From a bacterium (lineage in GTDB: Bacteria; Myxococcota_A; Bradymonadia; Bradymonadales; Bradymonadaceae): a DNA stretch of 64,000 nucleotides. Below the pieces are notes generated by a model, which was not told the origin of the DNA, searched no databases, and saw nothing but the letters and a program-made list of their open reading frames with translations. The DNA is taken from assembly GCA_030427705.1 (NCBI GenBank), contig JAUIBR010000002.1, positions 92,631 to 156,630 on the forward strand, in the 5' to 3' direction. Shown here one piece after another: positions 63,562 to 64,000 of this stretch (position 1 is its first letter; every line of letters begins with the position of its first letter). Made by a program: the position numbers and the translations under genes.

Positions 63562-64000
63562 GTACGCGGTTCGAGATCAAACCGTTCGAGGAGCTCACCA
63601 CCAAAGAGCTCTACGACATCCTCCATCTGCGGGATATCGTGTTCGTTTACGGCCAGAAGATCACAGCCGTTCCCGAGATCGACGGCGAAGACCCACAATG
63701 TGCCCACGTCCTGTTCTACAAAGAGGACGTGGTCGTCGGCACCGCGCGTGTTTTCCATCACAACTCACCGATGGGTGTGGGTCGCATCGCTATCCATAAC
63801 GACCTTCAAGGGTCAGGGTTGGGCACGGTGATGATGGAGCACCTGCAAGAGTGGATTGGCGACCGCCCAGCGTACATGCACGCCCAAGCGTATCTAGAAG
63901 ACTGGTACGCACGCCTCGGATGGGTGCGCTCCGGCGAGAATTTCATGGAAGCCGAGATCGACCACGTCCCGATGGACTGGCACTTACGGCTTGAAGAATA
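63558..64000 (+). CDS. GNAT-family N-acetyltransferase (ElaA-like), 3' end beyond the window
   Basis: MSTRFEIKPFEELTTKELYDILHLRDIVFVYGQ matches the ElaA-type N-terminus. GNAT motif A is QGSGLGTVMM. Confidence 0.7.
   Translation, partial: MSTRFEIKPFEELTTKELYDILHLRDIVFVYGQKITAVPEIDGEDPQCAHVLFYKEDVVVGTARVFHHNSPMGVGRIAIHNDLQGSGLGTVMMEHLQEWIGDRPAYMHAQAYLEDWYARLGWVRSGENFMEAEIDHVPMDWHLRLEE

Noticed and set aside
1-64000. tRNA/rRNA genes
   Set aside because: No GGTTCGAATCC-type T-arm motifs outside coding regions and no rRNA-like stretches were seen by eye. The longest ORF-free segments (22972-23150, 23358-23554, 26135-26270) show no cloverleaf-compatible pattern. Not formally excluded without tRNAscan or Infernal.

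Overview
This 64 kb window is a densely coding, high-GC (about 58-60%) chromosomal segment with about 52 protein-coding genes. I found no rRNA, tRNA, CRISPR array, transposase or integrase.

Likely source: a Myxococcota-type (deltaproteobacterial, possibly Bradymonadia-like) genome. The evidence is three C-terminal MYXO-CTERM-like sorting tails, thrombospondin type-3 (TSP3) repeats, and many lipobox, TPR and HEAT envelope proteins.

Housekeeping anchors:
- purE-purK
- metG
- holB-PSP1/RicT
- htrA
- cysM
- cfa
- DksA-family gene
- FAH family hydrolase gene plus maiA

Four rho-independent terminators and several tandem codon-level repeats are visible.

Best candidate for an undescribed system: a six-gene, translationally coupled operon on the minus strand (49873-58282). 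Its products in transcription order are:
1. a membrane-anchored transglutaminase-like protein that has lost its catalytic Cys and His
2. an ABC ATPase
3. a large polytopic 'ABC exporter'-type permease
4. a GT-C-like polytopic membrane protein
5. a 979-aa outer-membrane protein combining a Peptidase_MA_2-like zincin, a TolB-like beta-propeller and a C-terminal beta-barrel

Other notable items:
- two further Peptidase_MA_2-like HExxH/TPR proteins in an envelope gene cluster (14341-22971)
- a second Cys-less transglutaminase-like secreted protein
- a cysteine-synthase locus with a Lys-to-Arg CysK pseudo-paralog plus a JAMM (Mec+-like) protease, with no cysO visible
- a frameshifted MYXO-CTERM lipoprotein gene
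- a (GACATG)n-encoded Asp-Met repeat protein
- a low-GC truncated ORF at the left edge

All functional calls are from motif recognition by eye. No database search was run.
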